A stretch of 58,224 bases of DNA, filler included, from Platydemus manokwari (lineage: Eukaryota), in NCBI GenBank assembly GCA_037951405.1. It is 5 parts of 5 records of this genome, joined end to end, with 100 filler letters (N's around TTAATTAATTAA, not from the genome) between each part and the next. Parts side by side here need not be neighbours in the genome. Positions count along the whole stretch, not along the records: positions 1 to 13,913 come from JBBMOY011578077.1; positions 14,014 to 23,755 come from JBBMOY011211434.1; 3 more parts are not named here. The stretch is one strand, 5' to 3'. Each line of letters opens with the position of its first letter. Positions within the stretch are counted from its first letter, which is position 1. A model generated the notes under the pieces. The model did no database searches. It saw only the letters and a program-made list of their open reading frames with translations, and was not told where the DNA came from. The translations under genes and the position numbers were made by a program. Below are positions 1 through 14,090 of the stretch, in pieces.

Positions 1-70
<70 letters not shown>
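1..70. repeat. (AAT)n microsatellite
   Basis: Perfect AAT tandem repeat, about 23 units, at the start of the window. Confidence 0.98.
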
Positions 71-1399
71 GAATTTATATATTGATTCATCCGTAAATCA
101 TTACCAATATTATTCATTATTGGATATTAATATCAAATAAAATGATATCTTAAAAAAATTGCAAAAACCTTTCAGTAGATTTTGTTTAATGATTGCCTTA
201 ATTGAAAAACTGAAGAAAACTATGCCTACATAAAAACCCATTACAAAATTGTTGTATCGATATGTTTAGATCTGACCATTGAAATGGGCAACATCTGTTA
301 CCAATTATCACCAATTAAACTGGCAGTTGACTATTAAAATTGTATTTTCGATTGAATCTTTTTGTTTGAAATGGACGTATTTGACAAGTTTTTGAAAATC
401 AATAATTTTTAGTTGCCAATAAATAAATCAAATTATATTTGATATAGAATCAGAAGATAATCGATAAATTATTCTTATTAAAATATCTTAATTATTCCAC
501 TTAGTCCATCAATTCTATTGTTTATGTTTTTCCACAAAAGAATTTCTTTTATTCTTCACACAATGAGGCATTACCAACAAATTAAATTATCGAATGATAT
601 CTGTGTGTATCCATGTGACTCATCAATATTTCGGCCAGTACCGTTGTCAAGGTGATTAAAATTTAAATCTCATCCAAATTAATGGTATAAAACGAATTTA
701 TTATTTCTAATTATTTTCTCTGATAATTATTGTGTTAAATAATTTTATAATTCGATATATTGGAAAATAAATTCTAGAAAAATATTTTATTGAATAAAAA
801 CTAGTGAGCTTCAAATCTGAACTATAGGGATGAGCAATTAGTAAAACAACTTATCTTAAATCTCGTAATGGCACAAGGAAATCGTGGTAAAATGCTATCA
901 TTGCATTGTTATTTTAAAGGAGGGGGTGATGTGACCCACTTGATCATTTTATTTTGAAGACTAAATGATTTCAATTTGTGTTGCTTAATAAAATACAAGT
1001 CTGTTTGAAATGATATAAGAATTCAGAAATATTTTTGTTATTAGCCATTAAACTTGGTTTCATCGTATCGAGAACAAATTTTATTAACTGATGGGTTCTT
1101 TCATTATACGAAATTGGATATTTCTTTCTCTTATTTTCAGTATTGAAATAGAAAGGAAGTGTCGATTAACTACTGTCATTATAATTTAAATGTGGAAAGC
1201 ATTGACAACCCATGCACTGCACTAAAAGGTCATATTAGCATATCAAACTGGAATTATTGCAGTCCAGAAAAAGAGGAAAAACCGATGGCCTTTTAATTTT
1301 TTAGCGAATATTAAAGATCAAACATTACAAATTTCATTTCGATAACCTCTTTCAATCCATTGTTCTACTTCGTATTCGTTTGATTTCAGATTTTCAGGG

Positions 1400-1726
1400 T
1401 GATAGTACTGTCTGTCAAATTTGATGTCAACGAATTCATCAAAAATTCCATCAATGTCGTTCCACAACCACCGCATTTTCCTGATCTAGTACCGTGTGAG
1501 TATTTGATATTCAATAAACCCAAAGAAACCGCTCTGGTGATGAAATTAAAGCCAAATCAAAGAATATAATGAAGACTAATCTGAAATCGACTGTAACAAT
1601 TGTAACAACAAATTGGAAAAAGCTTTGACAAAAATGCATTTAGTTGGAGGGGTTTATTTTGATTTTCAAGAATAAATAAAGATTTTTCATTTTATTTCAA
1701 AATTCCGGCCATATGTCTTTACAGTA
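1400..1726 (+). mobile_element. Degenerate mariner transposon 3' remnant
   Basis: Translates as KNSINVVPQPPHFPDLVPCEYLIFNKPKE, a decayed HPPYSPDLAPCDY(F)LF mariner motif. Downstream NWKKL*QKCI*LEGVYF resembles the mariner C-terminal WKKRWxKCIxxxGxYFE. Ends in ...acagTA. Boundaries approximate. Confidence 0.8.
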
Positions 1727-1739
1727 TTAAATATATACA

Positions 1740-2389
1740 TGTTAGAGTATTATTCAACATTTAGATCTGAAAACTATATTATCCAAAGTATCACACTCGC
1801 AATCTCAACAACTACGAGTAAACCTCTTTACAACTCACAATGGTTAATCTCACAAGCCTGTATCAGCACCAGAAAGTGAACAACAAAATAGGTAGTAATC
1901 AAAAAGACTGATTACTGAAAATCACACAAAGATAAGTATAATACACTAGTTACCAACTAAAAAGACTAGCAGTTAATGATGGAATTCAACCTCATTTATA
2001 GACCTATCGTGTGTGTCTGCTTGATGTCAGTAACGTGATTAAATAAATAAACACGTGATGTTTGTTTAAATAATTGATTGGCGGTTGATTGAAGTTTTTC
2101 AAATAAATATTATGACGGAATGTGCTTATAACTTAACTATGTCAATGGGTCTTCATTTTTCATTTGCTAATTTTATTCGTAGATCGGTTTGCTTGAAATT
2201 TTCTTCGTATCTCTTATGCTATTTGAGTTTGCTGACAAACATTCTTAGCTTCTAAATATGGATTAATATGAGACAGAATCTGATTGGCTAACGGTACATG
2301 TGCTTGTCGAATTTGTGCTTGTAGACACTTTTTCGGGTTATTTCTTTGGTTCCTATAACAGTTTTGATTGATTTTTGATCTACCTAACA
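1740..2389. repeat. Dispersed repeat copy 1, solo-LTR-like (TGTTAG...CTAACA termini)
   Basis: Shares blocks tcagcac(c/t)nga(a)a and gggttattt with copies at about 8950-9390, 11540-11925 and 34620-35150. Has 6-bp inverted termini TG..CA. No clear target-site duplication (TSD). Confidence 0.6.
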
Positions 2390-3949
2390 CTAATATTGAA
2401 ATATTTACAAATAGCAAAAAATCTTTAATACTTTTAATCGCGAATACGAGTGTCAATATTAAAGTACTGAGGAGATTTGATAATAATATCAAATATGTTG
2501 TCTTTTCATTATAATAACGAAGAATAAACTTATCACATTAAAAAGAGAAACACATCAAAGAAAGGAACATTTATTAAAAGGAATATTATTCATTTTCTAA
2601 ATTGTTTTCTTAGAAAAATCACTATAGAATGGATTAAGTATTTTAGCTGGTTTCGTCTTCATTATTGCTATGAGCGGCTTGTAAACCTGAAAGGTAAAAT
2701 TTTATGATAAGAAATATTGAAATGAAAACTAATAAAAACATACATAGACTATTAAAATATCCGACATTAAGTCAAGAATTGCACCGATAAATTTGATTTC
2801 CAGATAGCATACCGATATCCATAAAAAATTAATACCCAAAACCAAATAAAACATTGTTTCAATAATAAACGTAATGGATTTTATTTTAATCAATTTGGAG
2901 AAATAAAAAGCAAAATAAACAATTGGTAAAAGAATTAAAAATGAAAACGGTGTAAATATACTCTAAATAAATCAATAGTTTATAATATATTAAAAGTATT
3001 GTTTTCATCAAAAAAATTTATCCAAAAGTTGTTATTTTGAGTTATATTCCATTATTGTGTTTATTGTAATCCAAAAGAATCGAATGTTACATTTTATATC
3101 TCACTAAATCTTAATAATAAGTACGCAAATAAAGTTCAACAAAACTTCATAAATCAATATAAAACAAAGACATAAAAATCGGCTTCCAACTGGCAGTTGT
3201 TCCCAATAATTGTCTCATTTTATAATGTATCGCACATTATCAAATACATTCATTTAAATAAATTGTTCTGGAACATTCCATTATTTTTTGATTTTAGTAA
3301 ATTATTAATTATTTTCTCTGCGATAGTTTGAAAGAATATTTATTTAGAATTCTTCATTATTTTTTAAACATTTTAATTTATACATACTCGACATATTATG
3401 TAATGATTTCCATTTTCGGTGATGATATTGAGTTGGATTAATTGGATTGATTTCCTAGAGATTAAATACTGGAGTGTTTATATCTGGCTACTAAAATAGT
3501 GATCAATAGGTTTTTGAAGTTTTAAAATCAATATATTCTGTATTATAAGTTGACTTATGTTGTTGCATTGTGACTGTCACTGTCATTCAATTGAGAAGTA
3601 ATACATGTAATACTAATGTTATGAACGGTATTTCTTTAGATTTTAATTCGAAGAAATCTCAAGCTGTTTTCTAATTTCAAGTCGATTATTCATACAGTAT
3701 TTATAAATACACTCGGAGCTTATTGTTTTTTATTTCACCAGAAATATCATAAAATCTTAAATTACTTAAATAAAACTATCGGGATAAATAATTCACAACA
3801 TTTCACTAGATCAATGGTTTTCAACGAACGGAGATACAACACGTTAAATCAAATTTCGAAAATTTATTTTATTATTATTGTTATTTCATTATTATTTTTA
3901 TTATTATTTATTGTTTAAATATACTAAATTTAACATAGTTAAACTCACT

Positions 3950-4455
3950 GCCTACGAAAGATCACTTTACTTTGTCCTACCACAATTAGGTTTGCTTTCA
4001 TATATTTCGGTTGCTGGTTGAAAAGGAATATCCTGCAATTGTTCAAATAGCCCTACGACGTTTTGTGCAATTTTCAACCTCATATTTGTGTGAATTGGGA
4101 TTTTCAGCTCTGACAACCATCAAACACAGGTAACGAGCACAATTGTGTAAGATGAACTTCGTGTGTGTCTGTCAAAAACACGACCGAATCTTAAAGAGTT
4201 GTGCAAGAAACACCAAGCTCAAATTTCCCACTGAGTTTTTGATAAGAATAAATTTAGTCTATTCAATCATGTACAATTTTGGTTTTATTTCATCAGTAAA
4301 CATGTACAATACTCCCAACATAAATATTATTATTTCATTTTCAAAAATAAATGCTGTTTTCTGCATAAAACAATTAAACTATTTGACAGTCGTTTCTCGA
4401 GCCAGAGGAATGTTTCTATGGGGTTCCTCTCCAGCAAAAAGTTTGAAAATCACTG
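3950..4455 (+). mobile_element. hAT (Charlie/Buster-like) DNA transposon 3' remnant
   Basis: Translates as EKEYPAIVQIALRRFVQFSTSYLCELGFSALTTIKHR*RAQL, matching the hAT dimerisation-domain motif F.STYLCE.GFS.L..IK. Ends in a Charlie-type terminal inverted repeat (TIR), ggggttcc...aaagtttgaaaatcactg, at 4455. Confidence 0.85.
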
Positions 4456-7400
4456 CGCCAGATATATAATTTCCTATAATAATAATTGCTATGTAGAATG
4501 ATTAAGTTGTATAACGAATCTTTTTAAAATTATGTGTTATATGGTTTCAAAATCTCTATCACCCGAATAACAAAGAAGATACTAATTGTATAAATAAAAA
4601 TAATCATTTTTAAAAGCATTTATCAAATAACAATTTCAAATACCATATGTAGGTTTTTATAATCATTATTAGTTTTATACTTTTGTAGAAAATCGTTCGT
4701 GGATTTTTCAATTAGCAAATTTATGGTTTTTAAAGTATCAGTTCTATTTAATAATTTCGCATTTGCCAATTTCGTTTGAATGATATTCATTATACTTTTA
4801 TGTTCTTCGTCTAGCCTTTCATTTAAAATGTACTGGACTTCAGTTGATAAAAACTATAATTTAAAAAAATTATAACAAAAATTGAAATGAAGACTTTGGT
4901 AAATATTAAAAAAATACTATATTTATAATTATTAACTTTAACAATATAAAATTAAACAATAAATATAAAGAAATTACCAAATGATTTAATTTGTGAAATA
5001 TAATAAAATATTATTTAAAACATTATAACGCAAAATAATGTAATTTGACAAAAAATAAAATTCTTTTTAATATTTATACATGGATTTTATGTATTCTTTT
5101 TTATGGTTTTTGTGTGTTGTTGGCTAGTTTATTTAAAAAAGTTTTAATGCTATATTGAGATTTGCAAAAAACGAACTTACTACTGGTTATTTTATCAGTA
5201 GAATTATTTCAATATTCGATGTTAAGTGTAAATTTTTGTAAATTATTTTCTCTAAATCATTTTTCGTTTTTATTTTCGTGCTACGTACAACAAAAATGAA
5301 ATTTAAAATAAGTAGTGAAATTCCAGCTTTTGAGTGTTAGATGTAGAATTAAAATTGTGTCATTGTGTTAAAGTAGTAAAATTTTATCATTTGTTGCTGG
5401 TTGCAATAAACATTTTATTTGTGAAATATAGAGGTGGCAGTTTACCATTAATATCCTCAATTACATTTATAAATTTTATGAATATTTAAGTGCACTGATA
5501 AATACATCGATTATGATAAGAATATAAATGAAACCGTCGAGATAGTAGAAGAAACAGTAATAGATATAATAATAATCTACATCGTGCCATTTATCTCGAT
5601 ATAAGATGTTGAACGGAGAGGTGAAGGAAGATCAATTAGTTATATTACTAGGTGAGGGTCGAAAAGAACTCAGTAGAGTGAAATAAGTCGTAGATAATGA
5701 TGTTCACCAAAAGTTTGATTGAAAAATAATTGTAATTAAAATAGTAGCAAAAACCAACCACCAACATAACAGCGATATCTCATACCGAATTACTTAAAAT
5801 CTCTTTAAATGACTTGGAATCAAGTGAAATTGCTATTTATTTTCATAAGTGTTTGGTTTTTGCTTTTTCAAGAGATAATCCTATAGAATAGTGATTCGAA
5901 AACACAACTATAAATATACTTGTGTTTAAAACAATTTACAGCACAATTTTAATATGATGCTATAAGTAACCTTATCCATCGATGCAATATAAAATCCTTT
6001 CATCTGTTCGAGGAATTCAGCCTGATTGATATTTCCGTTTTCCTAAAAACCCTGCTTTAAACACTTATGCAATTATAAAACCTACTATAGTAAGGTTTTT
6101 TATTTGTGGTGCTTGCTCATTTTTCATAATATGTATTATTGATTGAAAATACTGGAAATATTCTTTGCAAGTCAAAAAGTGATCATTAACTTTTTTTATT
6201 TGCAAATTTTCTGGTGACAAAATCGAAGTAACCAATTGTCTCATATGCTCAATAAAGATCGGATTTATATCCCGAATTCGACCATCGAAATTTGGATTTG
6301 TAGCAGCCTAGAAAGAAAATCACTAAATATGATTTGAATAAATTTAATTTTCGTTTTCATTGGATTTATTAAATTTTGTTTTTATTATAGAGACAAAAAT
6401 TAGTCTCGTGTTTTGACCAATTGTTGAGATGCAATCTCAAAGACCAATAGATACGAGTTAATAAAAATGTGATAGAAATAAAAATTATTATTAAAAAAAA
6501 CGATGTTAACTATGGCTTAGTCTAAAACTTAACAGAATTTCTAAACTTGGACAAAAGAGAAAATCAAAAGTTCATGAAGAACGAAAAATCATAGAAAGCA
6601 ATACACTAGATTTGATGAATAATATAGAGAAATATATTGGTTCAGAAGAGGTAATACCAAAATATCTTCAAACTAAAAATACGAACACAGATTATACGAA
6701 ATTTTTACAAAGACTTAAAACTAATTATAAGGTTATCAAAAAAATATCAAAAAAAGCATTCGAAGCAAAAATCGTAAAATTTTTAACATTAATAAGTTAA
6801 GATTTCAAGGAATTGGAAAATTGTTATAAAATATGAGCTCTTTTTACTTCAATATTAGTTATAAAGACAGCTAGTTTATCATGTACCATAATTTTTTAAA
6901 TATAGCGGATGAAAGTGTTGTTTGTGACAGACTGAAATCAGTAAAATAAATAAAATGTGACGAATATGTGAATGATATGGAACTAAAAAAACGAAATTAA
7001 AATATATAAAACAAATGCGTGAATTGATATGTATTTTGATGAGCAAATTATGTGATTGATAGACTCAAGATTTTTTCAGATTGTTTATCGGTAAAAGGAC
7101 TACTACTTATAATAAACAAAGTAAAAATCATCTTTTAATAAAAATTCCTCGTAGAGTTTTATTTTGTGGTATTGTGGAACATAAAGTCATCCATCAAAAC
7201 TATAATTAACTTACATACAAGTACATAAATAAGTCGTTCAAAAATTAAAAATATTTATAAAACATTAAAAGTAATTATAAATTAAAAAATTCAATTAAAA
7301 TATGGCTCATATAATTCCTTCAAATTGCTCGTTGATATTTGATAACAATCAGATTATCAAGAAATAATCTCTGACTCCGAATATCGAAGGCTATAGACTA

Positions 7401-8795
7401 CATTTCTAATCTGCGTACTTATCAGTACGACTCGCAAAAATACATAGACCCAATCAAACTAATGCTCGTTCTATTCCAAAACATAATCAAAATTTGGCTT
7501 CCAACTGGTAGTTGGCTTTCTTTACATCGATATTTCAAGATATGTATGTGATTTTTGTGTCCTGCTTGTATCACATTTTGATTTGATCTTTACTTTTTCA
7601 TGTTCCTATTTAGCTTATTAGTTTTCGTATAAGTGGGATTAGTCAATCTCTGTGTGTGTTTCTGTGTGGCTATGTCCCTTTTTCCAATTGTGGTTACTAT
7701 CTAACTTCGCTGTGATTGCTTGGTTACTATGCCTGAATGGTTGGGTAGGCATGGAAATTTTTGGAATTCTAAAACAAATGTTCCAAGATGCAAATCCGTT
7801 TTTCGTTTGAAGAATTTATCTCACTCAACAATATTATATTGCAATTATAAATCTAATATTATAAATATTATTAATTCATTGAATGTGTTTAAAGCATCAT
7901 TTTTTAATATGCTTGCTATATCTTCGCTGTTATTAATTGCGTTATAATTTTTAGATTTATAAGCGTTTAAGAACATATCAATTTTCATCAAAACACTGTT
8001 CATTGTTTAATCAAACCACTCGTAAATGTTTCGACTTTTTAAATTGATATCAGTTTTAATTAAAATCATTAGTTAAAAATAATAATAAATGGAAATATAT
8101 ACATTTTTTTAAACAAAATTTAACATTATGGATATTTCCTTAATTTGTGACAGTTAAAGAACATTAATTGAAGAGGCAATAATAAACACAAGTTTATGAA
8201 TGTGTGAACTGAGGTTTTATCATATTAATGTAAGACTCCATATGTCAGAAATAACTCCCAGTCCAATAGTATCGTTCAACCTAATCAAAATGATTTAGTA
8301 GCGGTTTTAAAGATAATTAGTATAATGAAATTCAAATTGCCAATATTTGAATTTACGAGTCATAGGAAAACATTATTAAATATTTTGAGATAAATGTAAT
8401 TTGTAATAATGCTGACTTTGTACTCATTTGTTATATTTTGATAATGCTTCGAATCCATGGAGTTCTTCGATATTTTTTAAACTATATTGGTTTTTGTCGA
8501 TTATGATTTATTATTTCTGTTCTATCAGTTTTTATACTTTATTTTTGATAGATAATATCGATTTTTATTTCTCAATTTCGGTAATATTTGTCTAATATGA
8601 CAGTACATACTTATAATAAGAACATGGTGATGGATATCGGTGTATCGCTCAGATAGGTCTAACAATAATGTATATCAATAACCTAATTTTATTAGAAAAA
8701 CAAACGAATTTTATTTACATCAACCTTTAATATAAAATATTATAGATGATAAAATGTTTCGAATTTCTAATCTGTAAAAAACAAAATAAACCTAC

Positions 8796-11700
8796 TTTAA
8801 AACCCGGATGCGGAAGTAAATAGCAATGAAGGTTACTAAATATCTTTTTGTAATATTGTCTAATGAACACATTTTCGGTGTTTGATGATTTTGAAAACTG
8901 AAAAATAATTAACATAAATAAAAGTTTATATAAATATATATTAGATTTTTAACTGACACTGAATACTGAAAATTGAAATTTGAATCACAATGAATTACAA
9001 AGTCAGATCTTCCCGAATGCGATTAAAATTATAAATAACAAACAATAGATAATTACTCAAGTTGAGATCAGCACCCGAAAGTTGATAACAAAATAGAAGA
9101 CAATCACGAAGACTGGTTATCGGAAAAATCACACAAAGTCACAGAAAGAAAGTTACCGACCGAAAACACTGATAGTTGCTCGTGAAATTCAATAGATATC
9201 TTAGAGCTTCGCTGAGAACAAGCCATTTGTTGGTATGAGCCAGATGATTATTGAATTCTAAATGTGGATTGATATTTAGAAATCCAATTGGTTATTAGCA
9301 CGTGCAATTAAAGAATCTGAGTGTATCAACCCTTTGAGGGTTATTTCCATGGTTTCCATGAACTTTTGGTTATTTTTATGAGCTAATCAACTGTATATAT
9401 ATGTGTGTGTGTATGTGTGGAAGTCACTTTTAAAATAAGCTAATAATAAAAGTTATATTAATGATACTAAAAATAATAATGCCAAAAAAATTATAAGGAT
9501 ATTTAGAATAACTATAATAATAAATAATAAAAATCTAATACTTAACAATAAATATATATTATTTTTTAAGAAATTTCATGTTTCCTTCAGACAGCTATTA
9601 ATATTACTGAGAATTTTCCATTCATGCTTTTATTATGTTATTCGTCTCATCAAGAATTAGTCAAAATAATAATAATTGCGGTTAGGCTTTGATCTAATAA
9701 TTTTATTAAAAATCACATATTTTATCAACATCATATTGGATAGATAGATAGTCAGTTTGTGGTGTTTTGCAAAATATTGTATGAATAACTTAAAGATAAC
9801 TAAGTTATTTTCAAATTTTTTAAAAATTATCTTAGAACAGGAATCGCGGTTGACTTTTACTTGTGGCATTTTTCGCTGAGATTTTTTGACTTCTTTTATG
9901 AACTCAATAGCTTAAAAAATTGAAAATGATTTCATCCTCAACTAAAATTTGAAAAAACTTAAAACATTTGATAAGATACACAAGCAGTGATGAAACTGTA
10001 CAACTTTTCATTGCCTAAACATTCTGTAAAAACAGTGGTTTCGAATTCTTTGTCATGCAGAGTCGAATTTGTCATCATAACATTTCTATAAATTTTAATT
10101 CTTGTAATTAGTTTAATTATTTCTATTATTTTATATTTAAATATCATTTTCATTCTTTATTTAGATTTAAAAATATTGGATTTCATATTGAAAAATTAGT
10201 AAAAGTTATATATTTTATAAAGGTGGGAAATTTTCTATTTGGTTTAAAGAATATCCGTGATGAAAGAATACAATGTCTTAGATAAATCTTAAATGATAAA
10301 CTCCACATTGAAAAATATGAACTGAAATTTCACCAGAAATCGATCTGAAATTTCAAAGAATTTATTAAAAAAATATCTAAATTATTTGCTTTATTTTCGG
10401 TAGTTAAATTGATTTTTCGAAGTAATAATAATATTAAAATGAATAAGTAGATTTTGAAAAGGATATTTCCGGGATTTTAAATATTTTCAAAATAAACCAT
10501 TTTAATCAATTTTAAAGACAAAGTCGAAGAATTTATTTTAAAAGTTATGCTGGACTTTATAGGAAAAAGTTGATATTGTCAACCTGAAAAGAAAAATTCG
10601 ATTTCTGAACAATTTAAAAAAAAAATATTTATTAAAAACTAATATAAAAATGAATTGATAGAAATTAAAAAGTAAATTCAACGTTGAGTCATTAAACATT
10701 CACTTATAATCTGAAATGGTTTCTTTCATCGATCATAATTAGTCTTAAGCTGTTTTCTGTTAATTATAATACTGATATTAATGATAAATTATAATATTTA
10801 TACTAAATATCTTTTTAAAATTTTAGTCCAATTCGATTATATTTTAATTATAGCTTATTATCAAAATTTAAAATCAAACATTATCATGAACCATTTTAAT
10901 AATTATTCACAATTATTTTATTAAAAATTTTGACGTATAATGTCATGACAGAAATTTTGAAAAATTCTGAAATAGTTTCATTGAAGTAGAAATTCAATTA
11001 GAGCTCTGGAAATAATTTGTGGAAAATTTAGAACTTATAATTAAGAACTTAGTAGCACCAATTGTGAAAATAAAACAGTAAATACATAAAAAATTATATA
11101 AATTCCACATCCAGTGTAGTCATGAAAACGAAGGAAAGAGTCAATACTACGCACAAAACATACAAATAAAGTAAATTAACAACATAAAATTGTTGTTGGA
11201 TTGTTATTACTGCTGATACAACCTTATTAAAAGTTATTATTCATCAGAAAATTGCCAATTAGTACAGCAGAAATTCTCCTCAAAAACCTAGACTTTTCAA
11301 AATTCTATAGATAGCCGCTATGCCAAACTATCTTCTCTTTTTTGAACAATTATGAGTTAAATATTTGGTGGTTTTATAGACGAGATACTTACTATTAACA
11401 TTATACCCAATGTATCCACATAGTATTGTTGATTATTTCACTTTAACTCAACCCTGGAAAAATCGAAAATAATTCCATCAAATAATACTCAATGTTGGAA
11501 AACTTAATAATTGGTTATAAGATTTTCTATTTATATATAGAGTTGGGTACCCAATAACAATAAAACCTGAAGATTATAATTTAAACTATAATATCACGAG
11601 TTTGATTTACAAACAGATACAGTTAAAATTGTGTCACAATTTAATAACAAATTACCACACAACACGGGATCAGCATCAGAAAGTCAAACACAGAATAGAA

Positions 11701-12868
11701 AACAACCAAAAAGATTGTAATATAGATTACCAACCAAACAAGACTGGCAGGTACCATTGGACGGTACCTGAATTTGCTACCATTTATTGGCATGCGCCAG
11801 TTTATTTTTAACCTCTACGTATGGATTAATATTAGAAGGAATCTGAAAATTGGATTTGTGCGTCTCAACCATTAAGGGTTATTTCCGTGGTTCTTGTGAA
11901 TGTTTTGGCTGATTTTGTAACCTATCCAATAAAAGTAATGACGAATATTCCTTGTCTCAGAATTACATTATATATAACATCATTCTTCACCATACTAATT
12001 GAAAACATCATGAAATCTAATTATTAAATGATAATTATTTCTCAGAGTGATTATAAAATGTTACCATGTCAACAGTTGCTACTGTTGTAACTACGTTTTT
12101 TCAAATTAGCACGTTTTGGAGTTCACAAATCGTCCTATGCTTAGCTTTTTACATTTTGATATTCAAATTGATTAACATCTAATCTGTTGAAATACATTTG
12201 ACTGAAATGCACTACACCTGTATTTATGGCAAAATATATAATAATTATTTTTAGTGTAAAATATAATTTTACTTAAAAAACAATTAATTATTTATAATAG
12301 CACAGATTTTAGTTATTCCTATTCAAAAGTGTAAAAGTTGAGATATTTTTCAATGACAATTCAAATCAGAAGACTACCGATAAACCTGATTAGTAGTCCA
12401 CGATTTCAAAATTTAATCAGAATTGAATTCTAACTCATAGATTATTTTACTTGTTTTGCACACAACTAGTACCGGATTCTAAGCACAGGATAAGAATTCA
12501 TTTTTCATTCATATTAGTATGTCTTCAACATATTATATATATTTATATAAACTAAAAAGTAAACTTACATTTATTCCTTTATTGAATTTTGTTATTTGTT
12601 TTAAATAAAATTCTCCACCCTGAGCACCGTATTGAAATTCCTTAGAGAAGTTCCAGTCTCTGACAACAAGCATAACATCTTGAAATGATGTGGTAGGACA
12701 CCACGGCCCAATGATGAAATTAGCATAATTGATAAACAATTCGGTAAAATCAAAGACTTCACCATCCAAACAATTTGATACATTTAATAATAAATGACTG
12801 CTGAGTAATAGATTGAATGCAGCCAAACTCGTTGAATCATTGAGGGAACAAAATTTATCAAATAAGCC
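8796..12868 (-). CDS. Atlastin/GBP-family large GTPase, two recognisable exons (12868-12569, 8897-8796); partial gene or pseudogene
   Basis: The first exon reads GLFDKFCSLNDSTSLAAFNLLLSSHLLLN...FQDVMLVVRDWNFSKEFQYGAQGGEFYL, matching atlastin GAFD...[24 protein letters not shown]. The second reads ...IRQYYKKIFSNLHCYLLPHPGFK, matching atlastin FSNLGCFLLPHPGLKV. Both have phase-0 AG/GT sites. P-loop exons and intact downstream exons were not found. Confidence 0.8.
8950..9390. repeat. Dispersed repeat copy 2 (same family as 1740-2389), in the atlastin-like intron
   Basis: gatcagcacccgaaagttgataacaaaatag...aaatcacacaaag...agttaccgaccgaaaacact...tgagggttatttcc aligns by eye to copy 1. Confidence 0.65.
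11540..11925. repeat. Dispersed repeat copy 3
   Basis: Contains gatcagcatcagaaagtc...tatggattaatattag...aagggttatttccgtggttc, shared with copies 1 and 2. Confidence 0.6.
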
Positions 12869-13913
12869 CTTTGTTAAATATATATATGAATTCGGATATA
12901 TACAAATTAAAAATAATTCTTAATTTTAACTAGGAGACAGAATTTGTAAAATAATTTCTTTACTCCAGTTTTAAATAATATTTTATAATACAGCGATCGA
13001 GATATGTATACAAGTTTAACCAAGCAAAACAATTTATAATAAAAGTCAATCTTGATAATCCTTCTTCACAGATTGATAGGCAATAAATTGTAAAATTAAA
13101 TTTCAATATTCTTGTATCTGTTTCTGATTATCAACCATTAGTTAATGGTTATATAGAAGGGAAGTAAAATGTTTTTTTATCATTTTATTTAATTAATGTA
13201 CCAATTATAAAATAAAGTAATTTATTGTAAACAACTTAATTATAAATATAAAAATAGCTACTAAATTAATGTAAAAATTGTTTTCTTCGAGTGTATTTCG
13301 GATAGTCTCTTAAATAAATGGAGATCTTAACATTGATTTCATTCATAGTTCGGTCTGGAAAACCAACTAACTTATGTTTGTTGTAATAGGAGATATTAAA
13401 TTTTTATCAAATGATATTATAATGATTTGTTATCAAATTTGATAAATAAAATTATATAAATAAAGTTGTATTATTAATTACTACCAATCATATTTACACA
13501 AAGTTTAATTCGCTGTTAAAGTTTTATAAAAATCGTGTATTTCAAATGATGCCTTTCATTATGATAATATTCGATTTGAATAAAATTATTTTGTTTGCCA
13601 ACGATTGACTTTCTTTCAATTTTCCATATTAATCAGTATTATTGCAGATTAAACTATCAACTAATAATGAATTAATTACAAACTAACTAATAATCATCAA
13701 CGAACTATTAATTTAAGCTATACAATTATTTAGCGGCTAATATTTACATGTAGTCTTCATTACATTCATCAGTATTGTAAGGGGGATTCGTAAATAGAAA
13801 TGTGATTGCGGTATGTGTGATGTGTGTATGTTGTTCGATTGCATGTTGATTAATGATTGCGCAATTGTCAGTTGCTACAATCCAATAAACCTCCCAAGAT
13901 GTTATTACATCAC

Positions 13914-14013
13914 NNNNNNNNNNNNNNNNNNNNNNNNNNNNNNNNNNNNNNNNNNNNTTAATTAATTAANNNNNNNNNNNNNNNNNNNNNNNNNNNNNNN
14001 NNNNNNNNNNNNN
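13914..14013. other. Artificial contig-joining spacer N44-TTAATTAATTAA-N44
   Basis: The identical 100-nt structure occurs four times. The palindromic core puts TAA stops in all six frames. Confidence 0.95.
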
Positions 14014-14025
14014 TTATTATTTTTA

Positions 14026-14029
<4 letters not shown>

Positions 14030-14090
<61 letters not shown>
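14030..14090. repeat. (TTA)n microsatellite
   Basis: About 20 TTA units at the contig edge. Confidence 0.95.

Noticed and set aside
2214-2492. 92-aa ORF
   Set aside because: It overlaps the end of a dispersed repeat and has no protein motif.
4143-4469. 108-aa ORF
   Set aside because: It is read-through of the hAT remnant's 3' end and TIR.
13958-13969. Recurrent palindrome TTAATTAATTAA as a biological element (e.g. piggyBac or homing site)
   Set aside because: It is always centred between two exact 44-N runs, so it is an assembly linker.
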